NCBI GenBank assembly: GCA_963797495.1
Contig: CAWCPN010000002.1
Location: 2,345,953-2,409,952 of the forward strand
Length of the DNA: 64,000 nt
Direction of reading: 5' to 3'
Source: an uncultured Acidobacteriota bacterium
Lineage (GTDB): Bacteria > Acidobacteriota > Thermoanaerobaculia > UBA5066 > Gp7-AA6
The notes beneath the pieces were generated by a model. That model made no database searches and had not been told where the DNA came from. It saw nothing but the letters and a program-made list of their open reading frames with translations. The translations under genes were made by a program, and so were the position numbers. How positions within the stretch are numbered: position 1 is the first letter of the stretch; each line of letters starts with the position of its first letter. Of the stretch, positions 23,372-33,660 are shown piece after piece.

Positions 23372-25249
23372 ATGAAAGTCCGCTTTCTCCCGGGAGTCCT
23401 GGCGGTCCTGCTCGCGGCCGGCGGGGCGACCGCCCAGACGCTGCAGGCGCCGGTATCGACCGACGTCGGCCAGTTTCCCCTCTACGTGACCGTCGAGTAC
23501 CTCGGAATGGCGGGGGTCAAGACGGTGGTCCGGATCCGCCTCCGGGCGCCGGAGCTGTCCATGGCGGCCGCCAAGCGGGGCCTCCGCAGCTTCTCCGGGG
23601 AGCTGCAGGGAAGCTTCGCCAAGGGCGAGGACATCGTCCAGGCGTTCAAGTACCCGGTCTCCGGCAACGTATCGGAACGGACGACGTTCCAGTACGCGTT
23701 CCTGCGGTCGATCGAACCCGGTTCCTACAAGCTCAAGCTCATCCTGGCCGCGCCCGGGGGACGGACGGTGGGCGAGGCATCGACGGACGTTTCGGTTCCC
23801 GAGGTCGGCAACGTCTTCTCGCCGGATCTCGCGCCGGGCGAAGCCTCGACCCTCCCGGCCGCCGAGGCCATCGTGATCGCGGAGGAGGCCGATCCGACGC
23901 TGCCGCCCGCGAATGGCTCGAAGCTGAAGATCATGCCGCCCGCCCGCGAGACCCCGATCGGTCTCCTCCGCCTGGAGGCGGACGCGGAGCCTCCGATCAC
24001 CAAAGTCGAGTTCTACCTCGAGGACAAGCTCATCCTGACCCGCTCGCGGCCGCCCTACTCGGTCGAGATCGATCTCGGAGAGATCCCCCGCAAGCAGACG
24101 GTTCGCGCGGTCGGCTACGACGCCTCGGGCCGCCTCGTCGACGAGGATGCCTGGGCCATCAACCAGGGCAGCTCGCGCCTGGCGGTGACGATCCTGCCCC
24201 AACCCGACCCGGCGGCGGGGAAGGTGCGCATCAAGGTCGCCGTCCAGTCGATCTCGGGCGGCGTGGCCAAGCAGGTCGAGCTCTACCTGAACGACAAGAA
24301 GCTCAAAGCATGGGCGACGGGCGGTCCCTACGAAGTGACCATCCCGATGACCGAGTATTCGCGCGGCGAGTTCCTGCGCGCGACGGCGATCGGCGCCGAC
24401 GGCAAGGAGGCGAACGACCTCCGGTTCCTCAAGGGCCCCAACACCTCGATCGAGAACGTGCGCGTCGACGTCGTGCAGCTCCACGTCTCGGCCGTCGACA
24501 AGGACAAGAGGTTCGTCCGGGGGCTGACCGAGTCGGACTTCGCGATTCAGGAGGACGGCCGCCCGCAACAGGTCACGGGTTTCGAGCTGGCCGAGAAGCT
24601 GCCCCTGACGATCGGTCTCGTCGTCGACGGGTCGGGCTCGATGGAAAAGGTGATGCCTTTCGTCCACGAGGCCTCCTCGGAGCTCTTCCGGGGCCTCATC
24701 CGGGACAAGGACCGCGGATTCGTCATCGAGTTCCGCGAGCAGCCGCGCATGCTCCAGGCGCTGACGAGCAGCTCGGCCGAGCTCCAGCGCGCCGCGAACG
24801 AAACGTCGGCCCGCGGGGCGACGTCGCTCTTCGATTCGATCGTACTGGGCCTCTACCAGTTTCGCGCGCTCCAGGGCCGAAAGGCCCTCGTGGTCGTCAC
24901 CGACGGAGCCGACAATCATTCGCACGTCGACTACGACACGCTGTTGCGCTACGCGAAGACGGCGGGCGCTCCGATCTACTTCATCGCGGTGAACCTCTCG
25001 GTGCTCGACTTCGGAATTCGCGGCCAGGTCAAGGAGATCGCCAGCGAGTCCGGGGGAGAGGTCTTTTTCATCTCGAACGCGGACAAGATCAAGGGCGTCA
25101 CGGAGCGGATCGAGGAAGAGCTGCGCTCCCAGTACATCGTCGCGTTCCGCACGGACTCCCAGAAGCCCGACGGGGAGTACCGCGCGATCTCCGTCGCCGT
25201 CGACCGCCCCGGCGTCACGGCGCGGACGATCAAGGGCTACATTCCCTAG
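23372..25249 (+). CDS. Exported Ig-like plus VWA domain protein
   Basis: Signal peptide; KVEFY..PPY Ig-like repeats; MIDAS DGSGSM, T, TDG. Confidence 0.85.
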   Translation: MKVRFLPGVLAVLLAAGGATAQTLQAPVSTDVGQFPLYVTVEYLGMAGVKTVVRIRLRAPELSMAAAKRGLRSFSGELQGSFAKGEDIVQAFKYPVSGNVSERTTFQYAFLRSIEPGSYKLKLILAAPGGRTVGEASTDVSVPEVGNVFSPDLAPGEASTLPAAEAIVIAEEADPTLPPANGSKLKIMPPARETPIGLLRLEADAEPPITKVEFYLEDKLILTRSRPPYSVEIDLGEIPRKQTVRAVGYDASGRLVDEDAWAINQGSSRLAVTILPQPDPAAGKVRIKVAVQSISGGVAKQVELYLNDKKLKAWATGGPYEVTIPMTEYSRGEFLRATAIGADGKEANDLRFLKGPNTSIENVRVDVVQLHVSAVDKDKRFVRGLTESDFAIQEDGRPQQVTGFELAEKLPLTIGLVVDGSGSMEKVMPFVHEASSELFRGLIRDKDRGFVIEFREQPRMLQALTSSSAELQRAANETSARGATSLFDSIVLGLYQFRALQGRKALVVVTDGADNHSHVDYDTLLRYAKTAGAPIYFIAVNLSVLDFGIRGQVKEIASESGGEVFFISNADKIKGVTERIEEELRSQYIVAFRTDSQKPDGEYRAISVAVDRPGVTARTIKGYIP

Positions 25250-25253
25250 GCGC

Positions 25254-26885
25254 TCACTCCGCGAAGTTCGCCACGATCGCGTGGCGGCCCGAATACCGCA
25301 CGACCCGCGCCGGCGGAGCGGCCCGCATCAACTCGACCAGGTCCGAAAGACGGACGAGGGCCACGAGCGGCCGGCCGGACTGCCAGGCCGCCCAGAACCG
25401 CTCGCGGTCCCAGAAGAGCGCGTTGCGGACCTCGGGCCGCGTCTCGAACTCGGGCTCGAGCTCGCCCCGGTAGGCGGCCACCGGGATCGGCGTCTTGAGC
25501 TCCCAGGACAGCCCGTTCAGGTAGTCGCGGTAGCCGACGATCGGGGCCTTCCACGGGGTCGCGGTCTCCCGGGCCGCGGCGGCGAGCTCGGGGACCAGCC
25601 GGGCCTGCGGCGTCCGGGGCCAGCCCAGGGCGACGACGGCCAGGAAGGCCACCCAGCCGGCGGCCGACGCCGCCAGACCGGCCTGAGGCGACCGGGCCGC
25701 CAGCAGCACGGCGAGCCAGGAAGTCAGCACGAGCGCCGCCAGGGCCGGCGCGAGGACCATTTCCAGGTGCAGCGATTTCGCGGCCGCCCGCAGCTCCGGA
25801 TGAGCGAACAGGGCGACGACGAAGAGGGTCCCCAGAACGGCCTGGACGATCCAGGGCCCGCGCTCGCCCGCCGCCGGCATCCCGCGGGCCGCGAGCACGG
25901 CGGCCGCCGGGATCGCGGGGAACAGATACGGAGGCAGCTTGCTCCCCGACAACGAGAAGAACACGAAGACGACGGCGAACCAGGCGAGGAAGAAGAAGCC
26001 CGCGTCGGCCCGGCGCCGCGCGTGCCACAAGCCGCGGGCGAAGAACGCCAGGCCCGGGAGGAACCCGAGGACGAAGACTGGAACGAAATAGGTGACCGGC
26101 CCCGGACGCTTCGCCGCGCCCGTCGCGAACCGCTGAAAATGTTCCCGCACGAGGAAGAATTCGAGAAACCCGGGATGGCGCCGCTCGGCGGCCACGAGCC
26201 ACGGCATCACCAGCGCGAGGAACACGAGAGGCGCGGGCGACAGGACCAGCGCGCGCCAGGCGGCCTTCAGCCTTCCGGTCGCGGCCGCCCAGACGAGGAA
26301 GATTCCGGCGGGCAGCACGATGCCGATCAGGCCCTTCGCCAGGAAGGCTCCGGCCGCGGCGAGGGCGAAGAGAACCGACGTTCCGATCCACGGACGGGCG
26401 GCTTCCCGCCGGAGAACGGCGGCCCGCCCGGCCGAGAGCGCCGCCGTCAGGAAGAACGTCAGGAGGCCGTCCGTCAGGTTCGTGCGCGAAAAGAGGAACC
26501 CCATCGGCGCGGCGAGAAAGAAAACGGCGGCCTCGGCGCCGAGGCCCGCTTCTCCCGCCGCGAGGAACACCAGCACGAGGGTCCCGAGGCCCGCCAGGCG
26601 GGTCGGCAGCCGCGCCGCCCACGGGGTTTCCCCGAAGAGCCGCATCGAGGCCGCGTTGGCCCAGTACAGAAGGGGAGGTTTCTCGAAGTAGGGAACGCCG
26701 TTCAGGCGCGGGACGACGAGATCCCCCGCGGCGAGCATCTCCCGCGGGATCTCGGCATAACGCGTCTCGTCGGGCTCGGCGAGGCTCGAGCCGGCCGGCT
26801 CGAACCAGACGACGGCGAGCAGGAACAGAAGCGCGGCGAGAAGCGTTCGCCGACCCCGGGACGCCGACGCGCGCTCCTCCATCAC
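25254..26885 (-). CDS. ArnT/GT83-like lipid-carrier-dependent glycosyltransferase
   Basis: EPDETRYAEIPREML, YFEKPPLLYW, ARLP, LAKG, SKLPPY. Confidence 0.88.
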   Translation of the reverse strand: MMEERASASRGRRTLLAALLFLLAVVWFEPAGSSLAEPDETRYAEIPREMLAAGDLVVPRLNGVPYFEKPPLLYWANAASMRLFGETPWAARLPTRLAGLGTLVLVFLAAGEAGLGAEAAVFFLAAPMGFLFSRTNLTDGLLTFFLTAALSAGRAAVLRREAARPWIGTSVLFALAAAGAFLAKGLIGIVLPAGIFLVWAAATGRLKAAWRALVLSPAPLVFLALVMPWLVAAERRHPGFLEFFLVREHFQRFATGAAKRPGPVTYFVPVFVLGFLPGLAFFARGLWHARRRADAGFFFLAWFAVVFVFFSLSGSKLPPYLFPAIPAAAVLAARGMPAAGERGPWIVQAVLGTLFVVALFAHPELRAAAKSLHLEMVLAPALAALVLTSWLAVLLAARSPQAGLAASAAGWVAFLAVVALGWPRTPQARLVPELAAAARETATPWKAPIVGYRDYLNGLSWELKTPIPVAAYRGELEPEFETRPEVRNALFWDRERFWAAWQSGRPLVALVRLSDLVELMRAAPPARVVRYSGRHAIVANFAE

Positions 26886-26916
26886 CGGGATCGGAGTGTA
26901 CTAAGATTCCCGCCGC

Positions 26917-27729
26917 TTGACCGAGGATCTCCGCCACCGCTGGGCCGTCGTCCTGGGCGCATCGTCCGGGTTCGGCGAGGCCTGTTCGCTCGCTCTCGGC
27001 CGCGCCGGCTGGAACGTCTTCGGCGTCCACCTCGACCGGAAAGCGACCCAGGCCAACGCCGAGCGCATCGCGGGTGAGATCCGCGCGACGGGCCGGCGGG
27101 CGGAATTCTTCAACGTCAACGCGGCCGACGACGAGAAGCGCGCCGAGGTCATCGCGGCGATCCGCAACATCTGCGGCAGCGACCCGCCGTCCTCGCGCGT
27201 GACGGTGCTGCTCCACTCGCTCGCGTTCGGGACGCTCAAGCCCTTCTTCGGCGAGCCGCGTGAGAACGCGATTTCCAAGGCCCAGCTCGAGATGACGATG
27301 GACGTCATGGCCAACTCGCTCGTTTTCTGGGCGCAGGATCTCTACTTCGCCGGCTTGCTGGCGCCGGGCGGACGGATCTTCGCGATGACTTCGGCGGGCG
27401 ACCACATCGTGTGGCCGTCATACGGCGCGGTGTCGGCGGCCAAATGCGCCCTCGAGTCCTACGTGCGCCAGCTCGCCGTGGAGCTCGCCCCGAAGGGCAT
27501 CGCGGTCAACGCGCTGCGCGCGGGCGTGACGGACACGCCGGCGCTGCGCAAGATCCCGGGCAACGCGGGAATGATCGAGCGGACCCTCGCGCTCCACCCC
27601 GCGGGCCGCCTGACGACGCCCGACGACGTGGCGCGGGCTCTCGTGGCGCTTTGCGGCGAGGGCGGATCCTGGATCTCGGGCAACGTGATCGGCGTCGACG
27701 GCGCCGAGGACATCGCGGGCGGAAGGTAG
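26917..27729 (+). CDS. SDR oxidoreductase, FabL-like enoyl-ACP reductase
   Basis: GASSGFG, YGAVSAAK, VTDTPAL. Confidence 0.8.
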   Translation: MTEDLRHRWAVVLGASSGFGEACSLALGRAGWNVFGVHLDRKATQANAERIAGEIRATGRRAEFFNVNAADDEKRAEVIAAIRNICGSDPPSSRVTVLLHSLAFGTLKPFFGEPRENAISKAQLEMTMDVMANSLVFWAQDLYFAGLLAPGGRIFAMTSAGDHIVWPSYGAVSAAKCALESYVRQLAVELAPKGIAVNALRAGVTDTPALRKIPGNAGMIERTLALHPAGRLTTPDDVARALVALCGEGGSWISGNVIGVDGAEDIAGGR

Positions 27730-27737
27730 ACGCCGTT

Positions 27738-29057
27738 TTGTCTCCGGGCCCCTTCACGCTCGTCAAGGAAAAGGCCGGGTTCCGCGAGTTTCGGCTCGAT
27801 TTCAACGGTCTGTCCGTGCTCCTCCTGCCCAATCGGGTTTCGCCGGTCGTGACGTTCGCCGTCGTCTACCACGTCGGCAGCCGCAACGAAGCGGTCGGCC
27901 ACACGGGCGCCACGCACCTGCTCGAGCACCTCATGTTCAAGGGAACGCCCGAGTTCGACCGCGCCCGCGGCACCGCGGTCGCCGCGGTCCTCGACTCCCT
28001 GGGCGCGCGATTCAACGCGACCACCTGGTTCGACCGGACCAACTACTACGAAACGCTTCCGTCGGACCACCTCGAGGTCGCGGTGCGGATCGAGGCCTCG
28101 CGGATGCGCAAGGCCCTCCTTCGCGACGAGGACCGTGTTCCGGAGATGACGGTCGTGCGCAACGAGTTCGAGCGCGGCGAGAACTCGCCGTTCCAGGTGC
28201 TCTACAAGCTGACCTTCGCGACGGCCTTCCGCGAGCACCCGTACCACCACCCGACGATCGGCTGGCGGAGCGACATCGAGGAGGTTTCGACCGAGCGGCT
28301 GCGGAGCTTCTACGACACGTTCTATCACCCCAACAACGCGACGGTGATGGTCATCGGGGACTTCGACGAGGCCGAGGTGCTCGGGCTGCTCGCGCGCGAG
28401 CTCGGCGGCATGCCGGCGTCCGTCCAGCCGATCCCGAGGGTCTACACGGTCGAGCCGCCGCAGGAAGGGGAGCGCCGGTTCGTCGTGCGCCGGGTCGGCC
28501 AGGTCGCGTGGGTCGGCCTGTCGTGGAGGACCGTCGAGGCGAAACACCGCGACACCCCGGCCCTGGCTGTGCTCGGCAACATTCTCGGCGGGGGCGTCAC
28601 CGCGCGTCTGCATCAGTCCCTGGTCGAGAAGTCGCTGGCCCTTTCGGTGACGGTCGTTCCCTGGCAGCTGCGCGACCCGGCGCTCTTTTCGGTGTTCGCG
28701 CCGGTCCGGCCGGGCGTCGAGCCCGCGGAGGTCGAGTCGGTCATCCGCCAGGAGATCGCGAAGATAGCGGCGGACGGCGTGACCGAGGCGGAGTGCGACA
28801 AGGCGTCCACGCAGATCGAGGCCGAGGTGATCTTCGATCGCGACTCCACGGACCAGATCGCCGCTTCCCTCTCGGAGGCGATCGCCGTGGCGGACTGGGA
28901 GTGGTACACGGACTATCCCGGCCGGGTCCGGACCGTCACACCCGAGGATGTCCGCCGCGTGGTCCTGGACTACCTGCACGACGACGGATTGACGGTCGGG
29001 CTCTATGCGCCGAGGGCGGGCGCGGCGCCCGCCGCGACCGAAGGGGAAGCGGCTTGA
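27738..29057 (+). CDS. M16B zinc peptidase, catalytic subunit
   Basis: HLLEH, NATTWFDRTNYYE, VVRNE; start approximate. Confidence 0.9.
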   Translation: MSPGPFTLVKEKAGFREFRLDFNGLSVLLLPNRVSPVVTFAVVYHVGSRNEAVGHTGATHLLEHLMFKGTPEFDRARGTAVAAVLDSLGARFNATTWFDRTNYYETLPSDHLEVAVRIEASRMRKALLRDEDRVPEMTVVRNEFERGENSPFQVLYKLTFATAFREHPYHHPTIGWRSDIEEVSTERLRSFYDTFYHPNNATVMVIGDFDEAEVLGLLARELGGMPASVQPIPRVYTVEPPQEGERRFVVRRVGQVAWVGLSWRTVEAKHRDTPALAVLGNILGGGVTARLHQSLVEKSLALSVTVVPWQLRDPALFSVFAPVRPGVEPAEVESVIRQEIAKIAADGVTEAECDKASTQIEAEVIFDRDSTDQIAASLSEAIAVADWEWYTDYPGRVRTVTPEDVRRVVLDYLHDDGLTVGLYAPRAGAAPAATEGEAA

Positions 29058-30349
29058 GTCCGGCGGCCACGGCGCGCGCCCGGTTCGCAGAACGGGTGCG
29101 GCACCGGCAACTCTCCAACGGCGCGCGGTTCTACGTGATCGAGAATCACTTCAACCCCACGGTCGCGGTCTCGGGCTCCCTGACCGCCGGCCGGCTCTAC
29201 GCGCCCGCCGATCGGAGGCTCATCGCCGCGGTGACGGCCGGTGAGCTGATGAAGGGAACGTCGCGGCGCACGAAGCTCCAGCTGGCGGAGGACCTCGAGA
29301 GCCGGGCGATCAGCCTGGGCTTTTCCTCCGATTCCTCGGATCCCGTCGGCGTCGACGTCTCGGGCGCCGCGCTCTCGCGGGAGACCGGGGTCCTCCTCGA
29401 CGCGCTCGTCGAGGTTCTGCTCATGCCCGCCTTCCCGGAGGAAGAGCTCGCCAAGGAGCGCAAGCGGCTGGTCGGCTCGATCCGGCAGCAGCAGGATCAG
29501 ACGGCGGCGCGCGCGTACGAGAGCGTGATGCGCCGGATCTACCCGCCCGAGCATCCGCTGCATGCGTTGACCGGCGAGGAGCGGATCGTCCGCGTGGAAG
29601 CGCTCTCCCGCGAGGACCTCCGGGCGTTCTACGCCGAACGCTACGGCGCCGCGTCGCTGCTGCTGGTCGTGGTGGGAGACGTCGAGGCGGAGAAGATCCT
29701 CGACCGGCTCGAGGCGTCCTTCGCCGGCTGGGCGGCAGGGCCCCGGCCCGAGATCCCGTCCGTGCCCGTGCCCCCTCCCTTGCCCGGGAGCGAAACCGTC
29801 GAGATGCCCGACAAGGCCAGTGCCGACGTTGTCGTCGCGGCGCCCGCCAACCTGAGGCGGACCGACCCTGATTTTTTCGCCTGCACGCTCGCCAACGCCG
29901 CGCTCGGGCAATCTTCGCTGACGTCGCGCCTCGGCGTCCGCGTGCGGGACACGGAGGGACTGACCTACGGCATCCACTCGGGCTTCTCGGCCGCGCACGT
30001 CGCCGGGCCGTTCACCATCGGCCTGACCGTGAAGCCCGAGAGTCGCGATGCGGCCCTCGCGTCGACCCTGGACGAGGTCGGCAAGTTCCTCGCGGGCGGG
30101 CTGACGGCGAAGGAGCTGGCGGAGGAGAAAAGCTCACGGATCGGACGCTTCAAGGTGGATCTCGGGTCGAACGCCGGCATCGCGAACGCGCTCGATTCCG
30201 CCCTCTACTACGGTTTCGGAGCCTCGTACCTCGACGAATTCCCGGCCCGGGTCGCCGCGGTCACGAAGGAGGAGGCCGATGCCGCCTTCGCGGCGCGCGT
30301 TCGTCCGGAGGACTTCACGTTCGTCTCGGCGGGGAGCTTCGGGAAGTGA
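29054..30349 (+). CDS. M16B peptidase, non-catalytic subunit
   Basis: No HxxEH; SRL..RVRDTEGLTYG R/Y motif; TTGA coupling. Confidence 0.88.
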   Translation: MSPAATARARFAERVRHRQLSNGARFYVIENHFNPTVAVSGSLTAGRLYAPADRRLIAAVTAGELMKGTSRRTKLQLAEDLESRAISLGFSSDSSDPVGVDVSGAALSRETGVLLDALVEVLLMPAFPEEELAKERKRLVGSIRQQQDQTAARAYESVMRRIYPPEHPLHALTGEERIVRVEALSREDLRAFYAERYGAASLLLVVVGDVEAEKILDRLEASFAGWAAGPRPEIPSVPVPPPLPGSETVEMPDKASADVVVAAPANLRRTDPDFFACTLANAALGQSSLTSRLGVRVRDTEGLTYGIHSGFSAAHVAGPFTIGLTVKPESRDAALASTLDEVGKFLAGGLTAKELAEEKSSRIGRFKVDLGSNAGIANALDSALYYGFGASYLDEFPARVAAVTKEEADAAFAARVRPEDFTFVSAGSFGK

Positions 30350-30421
30350 GGGCAGCCCCCCGGCGCCCGGCCCGCCGGGCCTGGAACTGGCGGCGGCGTC
30401 TGTGAAAGAATCGGTCCTCGG

Positions 30422-30781
30422 ATGAGAAGACCTCAGCATCGGCGCCCGATGCGCCGCCGTCCCGGGGAAGCCCCGCCGACCCACCGGGTGTGGCTGTCCA
30501 ACGAGCAGCCGTTTCGCGAAGGGCCCTCGCCGGACGGGCGGGCCTACTTTCGCATTCGGTTCGACAACGAGCCCTCGCCGGAATGGATGCGCGCGTATCG
30601 CGCCGGGCTTCTCGGCCTGATGCCCGACGACCGGGACGCCGTCCTGCGCTTCGAGTTCCAGGGCGATTCCGTCCGGTTCACCGCCGGCGATGCGGAGGTC
30701 CCCAAGCTGCGCCGCGTCCTCGAGCAGCGCGTCCAGGCGGTCAACATGATCCTTTCCGGCGGCCGCGCGGTCGAACCCTAG
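30422..30781 (+). CDS. Hypothetical protein
   Basis: 119 aa ORF with native-looking codon use filling the gap before the ABC gene. Confidence 0.6.
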   Translation: MRRPQHRRPMRRRPGEAPPTHRVWLSNEQPFREGPSPDGRAYFRIRFDNEPSPEWMRAYRAGLLGLMPDDRDAVLRFEFQGDSVRFTAGDAEVPKLRRVLEQRVQAVNMILSGGRAVEP

Positions 30782-30802
30782 CCTCCCCCCGAGGCGAGGC
30801 CC

Positions 30803-32620
30803 GTGAACCGCCGGTTTCTCGTCCAGCACGTCCTCCGGCCCTACAAGTGGCCGCTCGTTTTCGCGTTCGTCGCGATGCTGTTCGAGACGCTCGCGAGCCT
30901 CCTGCAGCCGTGGCCCCTGAAGGTCGTTCTGGACTCCGTCATCGGCCATCACCCGCTGCCGCATTTCCTGGCGGGCCTGCACGACGTTCTCGGGCGACAC
31001 CGGGGCGGGACCATCGCGATCGCGGCGATCGCGACCGTGGCCATCGCGCTGCTGAACTCGGTCGCGTCGTACGCCGATTCGTACCTGACGACGAGCGTCG
31101 GCCAGTACCTCGCTCACGACTTGCGCCGGAAGGTCTACCACCACCTGCAGCGGCTGTCCCTCTCCTACTACGACCACCACAAGCTCGGGAACATCCTTTC
31201 GACCATCACCGACGACATCAACAACGTCCAGGCGTTCTTCTCGGCGTCGCTGCTGTCGATCGTCATCGACGCGACGACGATCGTCGGGATGTTCGGGGTG
31301 ATGCTGTACCTGGACTGGAAGTTCACGCTGATCGCCATGGCGGTCACGCCGTTTCTCTTCCTCTTCGTCCAGCGCTTCACGCACCTCGTCAAGCAATCGA
31401 CCAAGCAGGTGCGGGCCAAGCAGAGCGAGATCGTCTCGGCGGTCGAGGAATCGCTCGGAGCGATCCGGGTGATCCAGGCCTTCGCCCAGGGCGACGTCGA
31501 GGAGGAGAAGCTGGCGCGGCGGAGCCTCGAATCCGTCGACGCGGCCCTGTCGGCGCGAAAGATCAAGGCACTGCTCGGCCCGGTCATGGACGTCGTGGCG
31601 GCCATCGGGACGGCGCTCGTGCTCTGGTACGGCGCGAGCCTCGTGCTCGCCAACGAGATGACGGCCGGATCGCTCGTCGTCTTCCTGCTCTACCTGGGCA
31701 AGATGTTCAAGCCCATGCAGGACCTCGCCAAGATGACCAACTCCGCCTCCAAGGCGGCGGTGGGCATGGAGCGGATCGAGGAGATCCTCGAGAGCGACGC
31801 CCTGTTGCCCGAGTCCGCCGACGCGAAGCCGGCGCCGCGGCTTTCGGGAGACATCGCCTTCGAGCACGTGGCGTTCGGTTACGAGCCCGACAAGCTCATC
31901 CTGCAGGACGTTCACTTCGACATTCCGGCGGGGAAGATGGGCGCGATCGTCGGCCCGACGGGCGAGGGGAAGTCCACGCTGATCAACCTCATTCCGCGCC
32001 TCTATGACCCGGCCCAGGGCACGGTCCGGATCGACGGCCACGATCTGCGCGGGTTCCAGCTCAAGTCGCTCCGCGACCAGATCAGCTACGTGCAGCAGGA
32101 GACGGTGCTCTTCGACGAGCCGATCTGGCAGAACATCGCCTACGGGAAGCCGGATGCGACGCGCGAGGAAATCGTCGAGGCCGCGAAGCTCGCCAACGCG
32201 GACGAATTCATCCGCAAGCTCCCGAAGGGCTACGACACCGTGGTCGGCGAGCGCGGCGCGGCCCTGTCGGGCGGCCAGCGGCAGCGCATCGGCATCGCCC
32301 GGGCGATCATCCGCAACTCGCCGATCCTCATCCTCGACGAGGCGACCTCGGGCCTCGACGCCGCGTCGGAAGCGCTGATCGTCGAGGCGCTCGACCGGCT
32401 CATGAAGGGGAAGACCTCGCTCGTCATCGCGCACCGGCTCGGGACGATCAAGCAGGCCGACCGAATCATGGTGCTGAAGGACGGCCGGATCGCCGAGCAG
32501 GGAACCCATGAGGAGCTGCTGGCGCGGGGCGGGCAGTACGCCCAGCTCTACACGCTCCAGTTCGGAGGCCAGGCACCCGCCGCCCCCGCCGCGGCCGAGA
32601 GTAAGATTCCCGGCGCATGA
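30803..32620 (+). CDS. ABC exporter, fused permease/ATPase (MsbA-like)
   Basis: TM domain; GPTGEGKST, LSGGQRQR, ILDEATS. Confidence 0.93.
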   Translation: MNRRFLVQHVLRPYKWPLVFAFVAMLFETLASLLQPWPLKVVLDSVIGHHPLPHFLAGLHDVLGRHRGGTIAIAAIATVAIALLNSVASYADSYLTTSVGQYLAHDLRRKVYHHLQRLSLSYYDHHKLGNILSTITDDINNVQAFFSASLLSIVIDATTIVGMFGVMLYLDWKFTLIAMAVTPFLFLFVQRFTHLVKQSTKQVRAKQSEIVSAVEESLGAIRVIQAFAQGDVEEEKLARRSLESVDAALSARKIKALLGPVMDVVAAIGTALVLWYGASLVLANEMTAGSLVVFLLYLGKMFKPMQDLAKMTNSASKAAVGMERIEEILESDALLPESADAKPAPRLSGDIAFEHVAFGYEPDKLILQDVHFDIPAGKMGAIVGPTGEGKSTLINLIPRLYDPAQGTVRIDGHDLRGFQLKSLRDQISYVQQETVLFDEPIWQNIAYGKPDATREEIVEAAKLANADEFIRKLPKGYDTVVGERGAALSGGQRQRIGIARAIIRNSPILILDEATSGLDAASEALIVEALDRLMKGKTSLVIAHRLGTIKQADRIMVLKDGRIAEQGTHEELLARGGQYAQLYTLQFGGQAPAAPAAAESKIPGA

Positions 32621-33660
32621 GTCGAACGGCGACGCGGACGCTCGTCGTGCTTCCCGAGGACGGCATCACGCCGGTCCTCGAGGCCATCGCCGGTTCGCGG
32701 GAGTCGATCCTCGTCAAGATGTTCCTCTTCTCCGAAATGAAGCTCATCCGCGCCCTGGTCACGGCCCACCGGCGGGGCGTCAAGGTGCGGGTGATGCTGA
32801 ACCCCGCGCGCCGCTCGGGGAAGTCCGAGAACATGGACGCCATGCGGCGGCTCAAGGCCGCCGGAATCGCCGTCAAGGACACGCATCCGGACTTCGACGT
32901 CTCGCATGAGAAATCGATGGTCGTCGACGGAAAGCTGGCCTTCGTCAAGTCGCACAACTGGGCACCGAAGAACTTCGGCGAGACCCGTGACTACGCGGTG
33001 ATCACCAACGATCCCGACGAAGTCGCCGAGGTGAGGGAAGGGTTCGAGGCCGACTGGAGCCGGAAGGCCTTCGACCCCGACGGGAGGCGGCTGATCTGGT
33101 GCCGCGGGAACGGCCGCGCGCGCATCGCTCGCTTCATCGACGGGGCGAAAAAGGAGCTCCTGCTCCAGAACGAGCGCTACCAGGACCCGACGATCATCGA
33201 ACGGCTCGTCGCGGCGCACGCGCGAGGCGTGAAGGTTCACCTCATGTCGCTGCCGCCGCACGCCCTCAAGGAGAAGAAGCTCCTCGAAGGCGTGGCGGGG
33301 CTGCGGGTGATGCACGACATCGGGATCAAGATCCACAAGTTGAAGGGACTGCACCTCCACGCCAAGATGCTGCTCGCCGACGGAAAACGCGCGATCGTCG
33401 GCTCGATGAACATCGCGCCCGGCAGCTTCGATTCCCGGCGGGAGCTGGCGATCGAGATCGAGGACAAGCCCCTCGTCCGGCGGCTGCGGGAGACGTTTCA
33501 GGAGGACTGGAAGAACTCCCATCCGATCGACCTCTCCGACGACGGGATCCGCGAAGGACCTGATCAAGCACGGGACGCCGGAAGACCAAGCTCGCACTCG
33601 TTTTCCGCCGGGAGGACTCGAGCCCCTACCCGCCTCTCCTCCCACTCCAGCCGGCGGTAA
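32617..33660 (+). CDS. Phospholipase D family protein (two HKD motifs)
   Basis: HEKSMVVD and HAKMLLAD..GSMN; 3' end uncertain. Confidence 0.88.
   Translation: MSRTATRTLVVLPEDGITPVLEAIAGSRESILVKMFLFSEMKLIRALVTAHRRGVKVRVMLNPARRSGKSENMDAMRRLKAAGIAVKDTHPDFDVSHEKSMVVDGKLAFVKSHNWAPKNFGETRDYAVITNDPDEVAEVREGFEADWSRKAFDPDGRRLIWCRGNGRARIARFIDGAKKELLLQNERYQDPTIIERLVAAHARGVKVHLMSLPPHALKEKKLLEGVAGLRVMHDIGIKIHKLKGLHLHAKMLLADGKRAIVGSMNIAPGSFDSRRELAIEIEDKPLVRRLRETFQEDWKNSHPIDLSDDGIREGPDQARDAGRPSSHSFSAGRTRAPTRLSSHSSRR

Noticed and set aside
33564-33660. 97-bp overlap of convergent PLD and YiiX-like genes
   Set aside because: Both tails look non-native; probably an indel near 33552 or 33630 rather than true dual coding
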